A DNA stretch of 64,000 nucleotides from Aplysia californica (taxonomy: Eukaryota): assembly GCF_000002075.1 (NCBI RefSeq), contig NW_004797342.1:1109380-1173379 (forward strand), read 5' to 3'. Shown piece by piece: positions 36,849-51,000 of the stretch. A program made the translations under genes and the position numbers. The notes under the pieces were generated by a model that ran no database searches, was not told where the DNA came from, and was given only the letters and a program-made list of their open reading frames with translations. Within the stretch, counting starts at the first letter, position 1. Each line of letters starts with the position of its first letter.

Positions 36849-37827
36849 TTGGTAAAGGGGGTGGGGGAGAATAAAATGTGTGAGAGAGAGTCGCAGACCC
36901 ATGTTCTTCAGTATTGGACAGGGAATGCAGAGGGCAAGGTGAAAAGAAAAAAAAACTGAGGTGTTTGTGTAGATATAACAAAAACAACTTTCCAGCTTCT
37001 TTAATTTGGTGTCACTTCGATTTCTCAACATACTTGCTTTATTTCATACATATATACATATTCAATGTTCGTTGAGGCACATGTCTGAAGTAAAAAGAAG
37101 AAACCATACAAACCTGGCGTTAGATCGCTCAATCCAGAGGAATATACACGGAACAAAACAGGTAAGCTCACCAAAGGAAAGTCATATATATTATAAAACA
37201 CTGAATTTTCATATTGGATTTAAGTGAAAAATCAATCCACATATTATAAAAACTTGTCATTCTGAGCATTTTGATACCAAACTCATTGCAATAGGATGGT
37301 ATTTCAGGAAATTGAATGCTTAAAATTTTATATTTTTGTGTACATCACGAAATATGAAAAATACGATTTTCAGAGACAGCTCACTAATAAACCAACTTTG
37401 CTGCACCAAGCTGCGCAAACCAAATCGCGTTGTCTTGTCTTTTAATTTTAAGCCTGTGATTGACTAAAACCGGCTGACTTAAACCGGCAGTGGACGGTCC
37501 ATCTAAACGAAGCTTGAGTGCCGTGAACGTAGCCTCAACATCTACCGCAAACTATATTCACGGCGCCGTGAACGTAGTCTGCAGGCTACGTTCAGGGCGC
37601 CGTGAACGTAGCCACTGCGTTTAAGTAATTTTGAAGTTAATGCGAGTCACAACACCAGCTGAAATCCAAAACCCTGGTTACTTTATTGGACGCTCGTTCA
37701 TGGGATAAAACAAACATGAACATGCACGACATTAAATCAGTAAATCAGGCTATGGGGAAAATGTGTAGACCTACCTCATTGGTTTAATTTTAATGCATAC
37801 CTTAGTATTGAGATTTTCCCAAAGAAA

Positions 37828-38318
37828 GTGGCTATTCTCACCCGCCGGAAGTTCTCGCAAGATCAACTCCTCCCCTCTTCTCTCTCTCTCTCTGTCTCTT
37901 TCTGAATACTGTCTATCGGTGTGGACGATCAAATTGACCAAAACAAAGTTTAAAAATGATGTTAAAACACAAAAGTAAATTAATTTGGTTGTCTACAAAG
38001 ATGCTACGATATTTAACTTTTCGAATCGAGCCGAACTACGCGGGTCGCCATTTTGTTTTGCCCGGAAATTCTCGCGCTACTCCTCTCTCTCTTTCTCTCT
38101 CTCTCTCCACTGCCCACAGACAAAATTGTACGCTTTTAGTAGGCTACAGTTGTAATGGAACGTTTGTTCACGGCACATAATTCTACAATTTTTCTGTTAT
38201 CACAGTGTAGAATTCTGTGGTTTAGGGTGAACGCAAAATTTGGTGAACGCGCGCCGGGTGAGAATAGCCACAAGACTCGCCTGCACTATTCTCACTCCGG
38301 GTGAGAATAGAGGTGGCC
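37828..38318. mobile_element. Same repeat family, copy 2 (internally deleted)
   Basis: Near-identical to about 8290-8776. Confidence 0.8.
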
Positions 38319-39088
38319 AGACGCCAAAACTATGAATAAATAAATGAAATGATTAAGATTTTTAAAAGATGTCACTCGGTGCCCGAGTTAAAAACCGCCG
38401 CAAACTGCGCAAACTGGAACCAGCCTGTCGCCCAACAGACTAATTTCTGTCTTTTTATTTTTATCTGATCTCACGTCAATTTAATTGATGATTTGTTGGA
38501 CGCTGCGCTCTGACTTAAAAACAAAATAAAAACAACAAAAAACAGCAACAAACAAACACACAAACAAATAAAAACTTTGATTACAGTTATTTCCTATTCA
38601 GTTCCTCCGGCCCTGGCCTTGGCCTGGATCAAACAGGTCATTGACCCTTCTTTGGCACACTACTATAATAATATGTTGGTCTCTGCCAAGGAGTTTACAA
38701 AGCTCTGGTCTCTGCCTTCTCCTTGGCATGGCAATGATTATTAGTTATTATTAGACCTCTGCGACTCTGCGGTCTCTGCTCCCAGGCCTAGACTTGATCT
38801 TCCTTTTCAGTGCGCTCCCTCCCAGCTCAGAAAAATTGGTATCAGAAAGCCAATTCGCTGCTGGCTCTTATATGTAGCCTTAAGTAGCCTATACCTAATT
38901 CGACGTGGTGGGACAGACAGGAGCTAGAAAGTCTAGCCTAGCTGTCTCTGTTCTTTTGGGACTTTTTTTATCGCCATGACTCCGATCATAAGGTGGTCTA
39001 GATTTAGATATCTATCCTCATTATATGAATTCACATATGGTAACAAAACATAATATGAGCTTTAAACTTTAATTAAACAACAAACGAT

Positions 39089-39157
<69 letters not shown>

Positions 39158-39400
39158 GTGTGTGTTTGTGTGTGTAGGCCCTATATATTATTTATCGATT
39201 ATAGCTTAATTACAGGCCAATCCAAACGTTATTGAAATATTTCAAAAGTAAAAACGATTAAAGAAAATGATTTGCCTGTACTCATTATAGAGAGATAATA
39301 TTTAAACATACATACATTTATTGTATTACAAATACATGTAATACGTTATAGCGGATTAAATTTACAACTTATGCGATATTTGTGTGTGTGTGCAGTGCGC

Positions 39401-39858
39401 NNNNNNNNNNNNNNNNNNNNNNNNNNNNNNNNNNNNNNNNNNNNNNNNNNNNNNNNNNNNNNNNNNNNNNNNNNNNNNNNNNNNNNNNNNNNNNNNNNNN
39501 NNNNNNNNNNNNNNNNNNNNNNNNNNNNNNNNNNNNNNNNNNNNNNNNNNNNNNNNNNNNNNNNNNNNNNNNNNNNNNNNNNNNNNNNNNNNNNNNNNNN
39601 NNNNNNNNNNNNNNNNNNNNNNNNNNNNNNNNNNNNNNNNNNNNNNNNNNNNNNNNNNNNNNNNNNNNNNNNNNNNNNNNNNNNNNNNNNNNNNNNNNNN
39701 NNNNNNNNNNNNNNNNNNNNNNNNNNNNNNNNNNNNNNNNNNNNNNNNNNNNNNNNNNNNNNNNNNNNNNNNNNNNNNNNNNNNNNNNNNNNNNNNNNNN
39801 NNNNNNNNNNNNNNNNNNNNNNNNNNNNNNNNNNNNNNNNNNNNNNNNNNNNNNNNNN
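39401..39858. other. Assembly gap (N)
   Basis: N run flanked by microsatellites. Confidence 0.99.
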
Positions 39859-39904
<46 letters not shown>

Positions 39905-40015
39905 AAAGAGCACTAGTAGGCTATGCATCCTGCAAAATATACATGTAGGCACATGCCTATTATAATAGTCTATATATAATACATATAATTGTAGTTTCCA
40001 TAAAAACACATTCTA

Positions 40016-40463
40016 ATATGTGAGGCAGTGTGGTGGAATCAGGCTCTCGTAAAAATAACCCAAGTGAAGAAACGCGCATTTTTCCGCGGGTTTGTTAATT
40101 TTTATCAAATTTATGTTTTTTGGCCCAACACCTTTCATGCCCATTAAAGAACTCATTTTTGTGTGGATTTTTCTGGAAAAAACGTTAATTAAAGGCACAC
40201 AAAATGAAAATTTTCACTTACCACGGACTCTTAAACTAAGCAAATAACTAAAATCTTTGGCGGCCATTTTCTCACTAATTTTACCTATGAAAACAGATGA
40301 CCCCCCACCTCCTTCTTTCGCAAATATCTCGACTTGTATTCAAGATAAATGGACATTTGTTTTCATTCAAATAAAGACAAGCGAGCAAGCTTTAAGATGA
40401 TACCAATAACTCTACGATGCCCAAAAATTGACGAGAGCCTGATTCCACCAAATGTCTCAATAT
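40016..40463. mobile_element. Same MITE family
   Basis: atatgtgagg..ggtggaatcaggctctcgt ... acgagagcctgattccacc..tctca. Confidence 0.75.
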
Positions 40464-41851
40464 ATGTAGCCTAGAGATAAAATGAGATTCTAGTTCGGCT
40501 ATGAATAATATTATAATGTATAACACCTGATGTAAGTCCAACATGATAGTACCGGCATGTGTTTAAACGTTTTATTACTCTTATTCTTATAGACTATAGA
40601 AAGGCCTATATTTAGGCAATTATTATACACATTCAGGATCTTTAAAATGAAGTGCACTTTTCTGTTCAGAACAACACACACGCACCAATAATATTACATT
40701 AGAACGTAATCAATTATCACTATATAGGGTCGAATACATGTAGGGCCTCATGTGTATTGGGCTAGGTAGGCCGTTTTGTGCTTATGATCTTACTTTTCAG
40801 CACTGTCTATAAAATAATACATTGTAATAGAATAATTATGTGGGCATGTGGGTGGCGAGCTGTTTCGGTTGACACATTGTGTTATCATAGCCTTGGCTAT
40901 AGATCTAAAACGTACGACCAGTTTCAGTTTCGGTTATTACTTCGAGGTTATGAAATTATGTCTCTGACCAAGACCTATATATATACAGGTCTACAAACTA
41001 CGAGGCTCGAGGCTCAAGATTTAGTCGTGGTCAGAATCCGGATTATCTACCTGGACAACCGGATAATTCTCAATGAAACGTTTTGGGGATTCGGACTCGA
41101 CTGACTAGCTCTTTCCTGATTCGTTTGTCGAAGTGGTTCTAATTCTTATACGGTATATACCCATTTGCCGAAGCGGTCCATAATATCCTTGCCGAAGAGG
41201 ATCAGACAAGGAGCTTAAAACAACTGTAGCTCCTTTGGGATCAGATTGTCTTTTATTATAACCTGTTTGCACAAAAGGATCATAACCCGTTTGGGAAATG
41301 CTGTTTCCCTTATTAATTTTTTTTAGTTATTCGACTTTTTATTCACTGAGCCTTCAGACCTTAATTGGTATTGGTGCCAGATAAGTTTTTGTTAGTTGAC
41401 CTCTGTCTTTGGGTTAAAGGGGAGTACACAATGTAGTTATTCGTCGTGGTCTGACGTGACAAACTGTGGCATACGGGAGGGTTTCTAGGTCAGGCCAGAG
41501 GAGAGGTCATACACTGGGCCGAGCAGATGATAGGTGTAGCCTAGTGATGAAATTAATCACACGTGTTGGGAACATTTCTCGGTTTGGCGGCACTTGTAAA
41601 GTCTGCGGCTCACAGTTTTTAACTTTGAAGGACGGGGATGGAGCGATATTTACAAAAGCAGTTTGTAAAAAAAAACAAGAAAAGAAAAAAACAACAACCC
41701 AGCAAGTAGAATTTAGAATAATCTTTATGCATCTGATATGCGGAACTTAACAACTAGAACGTCTTTGCTGCCTGCAGTTTGTGCCAACGCACGTTATATT
41801 ATGAGAAAGAAAGATGGGGGATTAAAATAAAAAGAAAAGAAAAACAAATTC

Positions 41852-42494
41852 NNNNNNNNNNNNNNNNNNNNNNNNNNNNNNNNNNNNNNNNNNNNNNNNN
41901 NNNNNNNNNNNNNNNNNNNNNNNNNNNNNNNNNNNNNNNNNNNNNNNNNNNNNNNNNNNNNNNNNNNNNNNNNNNNNNNNNNNNNNNNNNNNNNNNNNNN
42001 NNNNNNNNNNNNNNNNNNNNNNNNNNNNNNNNNNNNNNNNNNNNNNNNNNNNNNNNNNNNNNNNNNNNNNNNNNNNNNNNNNNNNNNNNNNNNNNNNNNN
42101 NNNNNNNNNNNNNNNNNNNNNNNNNNNNNNNNNNNNNNNNNNNNNNNNNNNNNNNNNNNNNNNNNNNNNNNNNNNNNNNNNNNNNNNNNNNNNNNNNNNN
42201 NNNNNNNNNNNNNNNNNNNNNNNNNNNNNNNNNNNNNNNNNNNNNNNNNNNNNNNNNNNNNNNNNNNNNNNNNNNNNNNNNNNNNNNNNNNNNNNNNNNN
42301 NNNNNNNNNNNNNNNNNNNNNNNNNNNNNNNNNNNNNNNNNNNNNNNNNNNNNNNNNNNNNNNNNNNNNNNNNNNNNNNNNNNNNNNNNNNNNNNNNNNN
42401 NNNNNNNNNNNNNNNNNNNNNNNNNNNNNNNNNNNNNNNNNNNNNNNNNNNNNNNNNNNNNNNNNNNNNNNNNNNNNNNNNNNNNNNNNNNNNN
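41852..42494. other. Assembly gap (N)
   Basis: N run. Confidence 0.99.
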
Positions 42495-43079
42495 AAGTAT
42501 TTTTGTGTCATCAGTTAGATCTATTATTAAAATTTTTGTGTTTGTTGTTATCAGTCGTTATTTGTTGTTATATCAACAAAGATAACCCCCCCCCCCCACC
42601 CCACAACCTATCATTAGTTTCAATCACAGTGGCTTTCCTAATCTACTGCTTAGCCCAATGCAAGGCGGGGAGGGTGCGGTGATACAATATGCTGTGAATG
42701 ACTTTTATGTCATCGCTGGAAGCTTGACTCTTTGAATCGAGCCGTCTGCCGCCCCATCCCACCCTACCCGCCGGTACAGTGGTGATCGACGAATCAATTT
42801 AACTAAACGAATTTTATACTTGAGATAATTCTAAATTTGGGAACGAGTAAATGATTGTAAATGACGTTGGAAATAGCAAAGCATGAACAGATTCTTGTTC
42901 TCCTTTCGTATCCTTTTTCACTGGCGATCCACACCCACATTGATAGCGTATAGGCCTTTAGGTGTAACAGACGTAAATAGGGTTAAACAGATCCGGTTAT
43001 ATCCGGATTTGTTCAATCGTGTGCACAAACAGATCCAGATTTTTCCAAGCGACTCCCACCTCCCACCCACTTCCCAGGA

Positions 43080-43480
43080 CAAGTGACTTGTAGGCCCAGC
43101 TTGGCTAACCCGAGGCGAACTCGCGTTGCTGAAATCAACTTCCGGTTGAAATCGGGAATGTTTTGTTTGTGCAATGTAGGATCAAGAAGTGAACTGTTAC
43201 CAGATTCTAGATCTTGTTGCTATTTAAATTACACTAATACTGCCTTGTGTTACTACCATCTTTGTCTTTTATATTTCAAAGACATAATATCTCAGAAATA
43301 TTGATTTCATTCACATCAGTCAGAGATCGTGTTCACGAGCAGGAATCACTCGGGGCTGGCAGTTTACTGAGCAGACAGGAACTGACTGCTGAATAGCCTA
43401 CTGAACAGGAGGCTTGTGGAGAGAGTGAGTGAAACTGAAATGTCTGATGTGAATTCGTGTGAAGCATTGGATTTTGGTAT
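43080..43480 (+). promoter_or_regulatory. Putative EDC3 promoter and non-coding first exon
   Basis: CpG-containing stretch with ETS motif ACTTCCGG (43138-43145). Candidate donors gtgagt (43425) and gtattt (43477). The acceptor at 44892 lies upstream of the ATG, which implies an upstream exon. Confidence 0.5.
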
Positions 43481-43532
43481 TTCTAGATCTTTGATCTAGA
43501 ATCTAGATTAGGCTAGATTTATATATCTTCTG

Positions 43533-43590
43533 GGGCAACCTCTATTCTCACCCGGGGTGAGAATAGTGCAGGCGAGTCTTTTGGCTATTC
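43533..43590. mobile_element. Same repeat family, terminal fragment in opposite orientation
   Basis: ggcaacctctattctcacccggggtgagaatagtgcaggcgagtcttttggctattc matches the reverse complement of the 38260-38318 end. Confidence 0.7.
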
Positions 43591-43739
43591 AAGAAGACTT
43601 GCTCTTCTATTGTTGAGAAAACTCAATAAAGTAGTTCAAGCCATTGTCATACTTTACTTTTCCGATCCAGCGGCCATTTGGGTTCTAGCCCTTCGGTCTG
43701 GATGTCAAGCCATTGTCATAAATTTTAACTAATAAAGGC

Positions 43740-44100
43740 TTGCTGCTGCTGCCACTACTGTTGTTGTTGTTGTTGCTGTTGTTGTTGTTGTTGTAGCTGC
43801 TTTCCCTTACCCTCCAAACGTCTTATTCTTCTACTTTGCTGTGTTCTGCTTCTTCTACTTCTGGTAAATTTTCAACTTTGTGACTGCTGTTTTTGCCCGA
43901 AATGACTCCCTAGCACTGAAATGACAGCAGCCGGTAGTATGGAAGCGATACAACCTTCCTCCTCTGCATCCTCTTTCTTCTTCTTTCTCCTCCTCCTCCT
44001 CCTCCTTTTCCTCTTTCTCCTGATCCTCTTCCACTTCCCCCTCCTCCTCCTCCTCCTCCTCCCCCTCCTCCTCCTCCTGCTCCTGATGATGATGCTGATA
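43740..44100. repeat. Low-complexity (GCT)n, (GTT)n and (CCT)n tracts in EDC3 intron 1
   Basis: Trinucleotide microsatellites visible directly. Confidence 0.85.
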
Positions 44101-44913
44101 CATGTGCCACAAAAGATGTGACAATTGAAACAACAGATCAAATACGTCAACCTCAAAGTTGAGGGTTGGTCGGTTTTGTCCGAAAAATTTTATGCGACAT
44201 AGTCGTCCAACCCACACAGTTTCATAAAAGCGATTTTTTAAGGAAAAAAGGTCTACAGTTTTTTGGTAAAGTGTTTTTATAGGTGTTTGAAGCATTTATC
44301 TGTCGTTAGGCTCCTTTGTTTTAAAATAAAACAGTTTTTCTCTTCTTATGTAAAATTTGTCCCGCTGGGGTTAGTCGGTTTTATCACAAGGCCGACGTTG
44401 TAATGCTTTGTATCAGTAGGTTTTGACAAGATTTTTTTTGCGTTCCTTTGTACCTTAGAAAATTATAAAAGGTAGCCATTTAATAAAATTGGGTTGGCTT
44501 GGAAAAAGGTCATATAATATACTTGGGGGGAAAATGTTTTGAGGAAGTTTATCTCAATATTTAGTGTGTACTTGCTCAAGGTGTATACATATTGAATGCA
44601 GCAATGATTTTACTTGACAGTATTCTTGCTGGTCTGAGAGAGTATGGTTTTTTAAATATTCATTGGCTATATTAATTCTCAAATTTGATTTCCTCAATAA
44701 CAATCAAAAAGTCTTTGTGAATGGGGATTATGAGTTCAAGCTCTTGACTTGTTGAATTGGTTTTCAAGTGTAACAACATTGCAAGGTCATAGTTTGAAAA
44801 GAAATGAGATGTTTTGGTTGCATTCTGAGATTATAATAATTTTTATTTTGTTCTTTGGACAACTAAAAGTATCTGTAAGTTTTTATTTTCAGGTCACGAA
44901 ATAAAGGATAAAC

Positions 44914-45086
44914 ATGCCTTCAGAATCAGCGACTGGATTCATTGGGTCAATGGTGTCCATTGACTGTGGAAAACTTGGAACATACCAAGGGCATGTCCAG
45001 AGGGTTGATGCAGACATGAACACTCTCACCATTACTCATGCTTTTCATAATGGGCTAAGGTGTGACCAGTCAGAAGTAAACTTAAG
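44914..45086 (+). CDS. EDC3: EDC3 coding exon 1 (LSm domain; exon begins at 44893)
   Basis: MPSESATGFIGSMVSIDCGKLGTYQGHVQRVD...EVNL(S)|gtaaat; not in the ORF track. Confidence 0.92.
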
Positions 45087-48000
45087 GTAAATTCTGATAC
45101 CTTTAAAAGGCTTACAGCCAGTAGGGTTAACCATTCTGCTATGATGAGAGTTGTTGAATTAGATATTGATGCTCTTTTTCTTTTTGCGTGTGTGTGTGTG
45201 CTTTTTATAAATTGAGATTAGAGACCTTGTTTTATCTTTTGATTAAAATGGAAGTATTAAAGCAGCCTTTGTAACAAGATAAACTTTCTTTATGGCAAGG
45301 CCCACTGGTGCACATTATCTCTCTTTTACTCCATCACTGAATTAAAAGGAGCTAAGCCACTTTTAAGACAAATATAAAACTTGTATTACGGGACTGCATG
45401 AACAAGGCTTAAACCCCTGACCTCTGGCATGAGATATTTGGTGACTTATTAATGAGCCAAAACCATTCTCATCATATTGTCGTGTAAACACCATTTTGAT
45501 CTACTTTTTGTTTCTAACTATTAGCAGGAAGCTACCAGAACCTTTTTGGATCTTTATCAAGCGTATATTGTCGTGGGGGGAAAACCCAACACGGTGCTTG
45601 AAGCGTTTTGTGGAAAAAAAAAATCTAATCCCTATTATCAGTACTGTTTATGGTCTGGAATTTCTATAGTTTGCTATGCTCATAGTGGCCACCAAAGACT
45701 ACTTACATAAACCAGCAAAGAAAGTTTGTGGTACGGTAGTAGTTTTACCTGGGATGTTTTCGGGTGTTTCTCTTAAACGGACTAAATGTGCATATAACAC
45801 ATTTTTTAAATGAAACTCTTCATGTATATATAGTGGGATACCCTCTGTCTTGACTGGTCATTGTGTCGTAAAGCCGTGACATGTGGCAGCAAGATTTTTT
45901 AGATCAACAGTTTGTAAACAGAGGCAGCCAAAGAAGCAAGAAAACCAAGGCAGTCACGTCCTGACATTGACATCACCCAACAGACTTTATGTGCTCTGTT
46001 TGTGGAAAATTCTTGTAGAAAAGAGTATTAGTATTAAAAGGTCACAAGTGAAGCAATAAAAAGGTTTAACCAACAAACTTATGTTTAGGCTGACTAGTGC
46101 TCTACTTTAGGAAAGAGAAAGTCGCTGATTGGTGAGTTGCTGTGTTTGTGATAATTACAGTTTGCTGGCAATTTTTTTCTGTTTCTTTTCTTTCTTTACT
46201 GTGCCAGCTTCCTGTAATTTCTTTTCTTCTTTGGATTTTAGCAGTCATCGTCAGTTTATGATGGACAAAGTGTTATTATTATAATATTATTGTTTTTATT
46301 ATTATTGAAAGGAATGCAATAAAATTAACTTTTTATGTGTATTTCTTGTGTTGTTTCTCAGCTCCACAACAATTCTGGATATCCAGATCATCCATTCCTC
46401 TACTGTGGCAAAAGAAATCATTGAGAGAAAGACAACCCCTTCCAAAATGACTAAAGAGATTGATGAGGTGACAAAACCCAGGTGTTCATCTCCAGTGAAA
46501 ATCATCAAAGCAGCTTCTAAAGCTCGTTCTGCAGGCTTTACACCGTCATCCTCTGCCAATTCGAACTCGAATACTGAGAAGGGGCAGGGGAAAAGTTCTC
46601 ATGGGTGCAGAAGAAAATTGTCACCACCCGATAGCCCGTCAGCTCACCTGTTGAAGGGAAACAACTCTGTGGGGCCTCGCCCACGAATAAGTAAAAGTGC
46701 CAACAGGGACGGCTATGATTCTAACGACCAGGGAGTCGGACAGGGTAATGGACAGGGTGAGTGGTACTCTGGTATAGTTAGAGCTATTGTACAACCCTAG
46801 TGTGGAGACATCCTCCACAATATGTCCCCCTTGTTTCAGCAAATAGTTTTATTTTTATCTGACAACTGGTACTTTAGAAATGTATGATTTAATACATTTT
46901 TTAGGGTCTGAGAATGGGAGTCCTTTTTGTGTTGGAAAATATGTGTCCTTTGTTTTTTAGTATTGTCAATGCTGAATAAAAGTTATGAACTCCCGAAACA
47001 GGATTTGTGAATAATAATGAAAATGAAGCCATTCATCAATTGGAGAGACCTTTACTAAACAGGGATGTAAATATTTCAAATTTCCTTTTATTTAAGGTTT
47101 TCTGTAATGAAATTTTAAAAAAGTAATAAAAAGAGAGGGTTAGGGGCTGAATCAATAAAAATGGAAAGAAAAAAAGTGTCTCCCATATAATCTCTAACTG
47201 AATTGCATGATGCATTTGTGTCCGAGTCTTGCACATTATTACAATTACCTTTGCAGTCCTTAATCACACACTAAGTTGGCACAGAAACACACACCCACAG
47301 TTTTTTTTCTCATCACACACATAATGTGCGATTCTGACTATCATGACAACAACTTCGTAAGAACAAATCTAAAGTACAATGATTTTATAGGTTTCCTAGG
47401 ATTTCTTTAGGAAAAAACTGGAAAGCTGTTGAGAAATGTATGGTGCTAATCGTCAAAGTTAATGCTAATCTTTGCCAGGTTGCCTATTGAATGCATTGGA
47501 TATCAAAGCTGGTTCAGAGTTCCTCTGGAAAAGTATTAAAAATGTTTTCTAATGTGCTTGTGTCCAAATGCATTGAAGTAGTGTAATATGTTTAGAAAGT
47601 CTTTGAAAATACTGTCATCCAATAACACTGCCGTATGAAGGTCTTGCTGTAGACCTTATGGTCTTGTCTGAGAAGAGAGCAGTACTACCAAGATCTTACT
47701 TCTACCTGTTGTGCAAAAATATCATGAAATTTGGGACTTTTGAAGCAACTACATTAGGAAAATAAAGAAAGATAGGATAGTGTGATGCTGTGTCTGCAAT
47801 TAGCAGCATATCGGAGATAAGTATCGAAGTGATGGTTCGCCTTGCTGTACTTTTGCACTTGCGACATCTTGCAATGTTTCAAAGATCACGCAACAATGAA
47901 AGTGCACAAAAGAGGTCAGTTATGAATTTAATATTGTTTTTTAAAAAAAAGTGGGGAGCATTCTATGTTGGTATCTCATGTTTTTCACAATCTTTTTTAT

Positions 48001-51000
48001 TTAATTGAAAACTTGTTTGAATCTTCCAGTGTTAGGCCTTGTAGTATATGGGGTACCGATAATGAAATTTAAATTCCTATTTCATAATAACAGGGACAAC
48101 CTCTTGCTTTCTTGACTTCGAAATGAGTTAAAGGGGTAAGACTACCCCAATTATTAAGGTTTTGGAATCTAATGTCAAGTTGTTTTTTTGGGGAAATCAG
48201 CTTGACAATCAATATTATTTTTGCACAGGAGTTCATGGAGCAAAGCAGCGTGGTCACCAAGGCCAGGACAGTCAGTACAGAAAACACAGTGCCAGCAAAA
48301 AGATGGAGAGAGGTGGAAAAAAGGGTGCCAATTCCTGGAATAGTGATTGCTTTAGTGCACCTGCAGAGTCATTCTTGCAGGACTTTGACTTTGAATCCAA
48401 TCTTGCCTTGTTCAATAAAAAGGCTGTCTTCCAGGAAATTGAAAATGACTTTCCCGATTTGAGTCTAGAATCGGATCCCAGGGAACAAAAATACCGACAT
48501 GATGAGAACATTCTGCAGCCTGGGGAGAGCACAAATGCCGGTCCTGCTACAATTCAGCAGATACAGGTTCCTGGAGCTGAGTCACAGTTGTATTACACAG
48601 GTAATGTTTCGCTTTGTACATTATTAAAATCTTTTGGGTTTTTTTTTTTACTTAATGGTTTAGTGTTTGGAACAGATTATTTTACTCTTCCCTAAACTGA
48701 CTGTTGGTGGTTTTTCTAATTAATTCCTTATGAAAATGAAAATGCCACTTTCATTTATTTCCATAAAGAGGAATGAGTCACAAACCATGTAATCCTTCAA
48801 TATGAAATAATTCACAAGTTATTCACACTACATGATACATTTGTCAAACTACTACGGCAAACAATTTTACAAGGTCATCATAGCCTGGGTTGTTTTGTCT
48901 TGTACGTACTCACTCACCAATGACTGTTAACTAACGGTGAAAGGGATGTTGCTGATATTGCTCTTCAGGGTGAGCCTTGGTCCACAGTCACTAGTATGTA
49001 GTCCACTGACCCTTTTACTTTTATTAAATATCCTATCTACGTGCTACATCTACCTGGGGGTTTTTTTAAGTGGATTTTTTTTTTCTTTTTTTGGTACTGA
49101 AAATGCCTTCTTGTTCCTACGAAAATCGAACTGTGCCAGTAGTGTTTTTTGGGAACTTGTTGAGCCCCAACATTTCAGTTGTGAGAAAAGATAAAGTAAG
49201 AGTCAGTTCAATTAAAATGCATAGTAAAATTATTTTTTCTCCTTGCACAGTTTAGTATGCATGCAAGTATTTTTATGGTAAATGATGGGTTGGTTATGAT
49301 CTTTTTGGGGGGGGGTTTACTTTTTAACCTGATGTTACTGGTGGAATCTTGTCTCATTCTGATGGTGAACATTGTCAAATGCCACAACATTATGAATCAA
49401 GGTCATCGAAAGGGGCTTGAAAAATATGATGAAACTTAATAATTTGGTTGCCTTAAATTGTAAAATTCAGGATGTGACATATTTGAAAAGCAAAGGTTTT
49501 TGAGCATTTTTGCAGCTAGGAATACGTTCTTGAGCCTCTTACTAGTTTGCCACTGTGGCCACATTTTTATCCTTGTGTATAGTTTCTTTACCATGGCTTT
49601 GTTATGATCATTCTAAGAGCTTTGAATTTTTTAATGAACTTTTGGTATATGTTATTTGTACACGATCAGACTCATAAAAAGGATCGCAGCTATCAAGCTA
49701 AGAGACAGGATTTTTCATGTTTTCATTCTTATTTACAGACAATGGTCTGGTCGTCCCGTCTATCAGCTTTGAGCTGCGAGAACAAGTGTGTGATACAGCT
49801 GCACATCATGGCCTTACTCGCTCACGGCAAATTGAAGCATTTGGCCGAGCAGCCACTGAGATGGTCATACACCTCATAGGGGGCAGCCACAGGTATGTTT
49901 TGGGATGGAATAACTTGAGGATTTTGTATTTGTACACATGGGCTAGTCAGTTCACTCGCTTCTGTTCTGTTCATTCATTATTCTTGAGTCACCTTTTTGC
50001 AGTCTGAGGCTATTGAGAATGAAGGAGTGGTCAGCACAAGTATTGGCCATAGTTTATGTGTTGAAAGAGTGGCATTAATGTTATTTCCTTGTGTTAATGA
50101 CTAAATAATTGAAAATGAGTTAGTCAATAAATTAATGTTATGAATTGTGGATCTTACTGTCTTCAGAATTCATCCAAAGAATGACCACCAGATGCCAGTT
50201 GTGGTGGTGTTGTGTGGACCCCACGACCAAGGTACCCTGGGTGTGTGCTGTGCACGGATACTTGCCTCTCATGGGGTACAGGTATGTACTCGTTTTGCAT
50301 ACTATCTGTAGTGCATCATTGTCATTATGATTCTGAATGTTTCAAGTTTCATCTGAATATCTATAGTGCAGACTGCTCTGGTTTTTGGTTTTCAAGAAAC
50401 CCATGATTCATTTTTAGTGCATCTAATTGTTTAATTTAGACGTAATTCTTTCTCTACTGACTTCTAATACATTGCTTCTGTTGTCACTGGTGGAATCGTA
50501 CACTCATTAGGTGACTGGTTGGCTTTACAGCTCCTCTCAAGTGACAGACTGTTGCTCAGTCTTTGCAAGTTGTATAATCTTTGCGCTTTCTGGCACCTTA
50601 ATTCAATATGAAATAATATAAATTGCATACTTTGGGAGAAAGTTCAAATGATACATGTGATAATGTATACATTATAGTCTTTTCTTCTTTTTCAAACTTT
50701 TATTATTTTTATAAATTAATTCCAACTGTTGAATATTTTACCACTTTTCAAAGTGCCAACAAGGCTGAATAATCCATCTAGATCTACTGTAATTCATGGT
50801 CTTTTGGCTGAATTGGTGAGGGCTTCTGTAGATGAGGGGTAATAAACTGACAGACTGATTAGATTCAGTGCGTCTAATGGTAGAATGTTTATGAATGACT
50901 GTGCTCAAACATGCACATGGACTATTTACTTTGTTTCCTTTCTGGTTCCCTTTCCTTCCTTTGCCCTTCATCTTTACACAAACCTCTTACTGATTAATCA

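Larger units (their letters stand above)
35290..37619. mobile_element. MULE/Foldback-like element with ~200-230 bp TIRs and 9-bp TSD
   Basis: TIRs 35290-35520 and 37423-37619 are nearly perfect; TSD tttaagtaa at 35281-35289 and 37620-37628. Confidence 0.9.

Noticed and set aside
43158-43304. Upstream ORF in the EDC3 leader
   Set aside because: The TSS and first-exon limits are unknown, so it cannot be placed in the mRNA.
43855-44295. 146-aa Glu-rich ORF and overlapping Arg-, Gly- and Leu-rich ORFs
   Set aside because: Products of the (CCT)n microsatellite, open in several frames.
45141-45200. Possible intronic C/D snoRNA (ATGATGA box)
   Set aside because: No suitably placed CTGA D box with a terminal stem.
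50167-50281. EDC3 YjeF_N lacking the GNNGGDG epimerase motif (reads CGPHDQG)
   Set aside because: Degeneration of this motif is the normal state in animal EDC3, so it is not novel.
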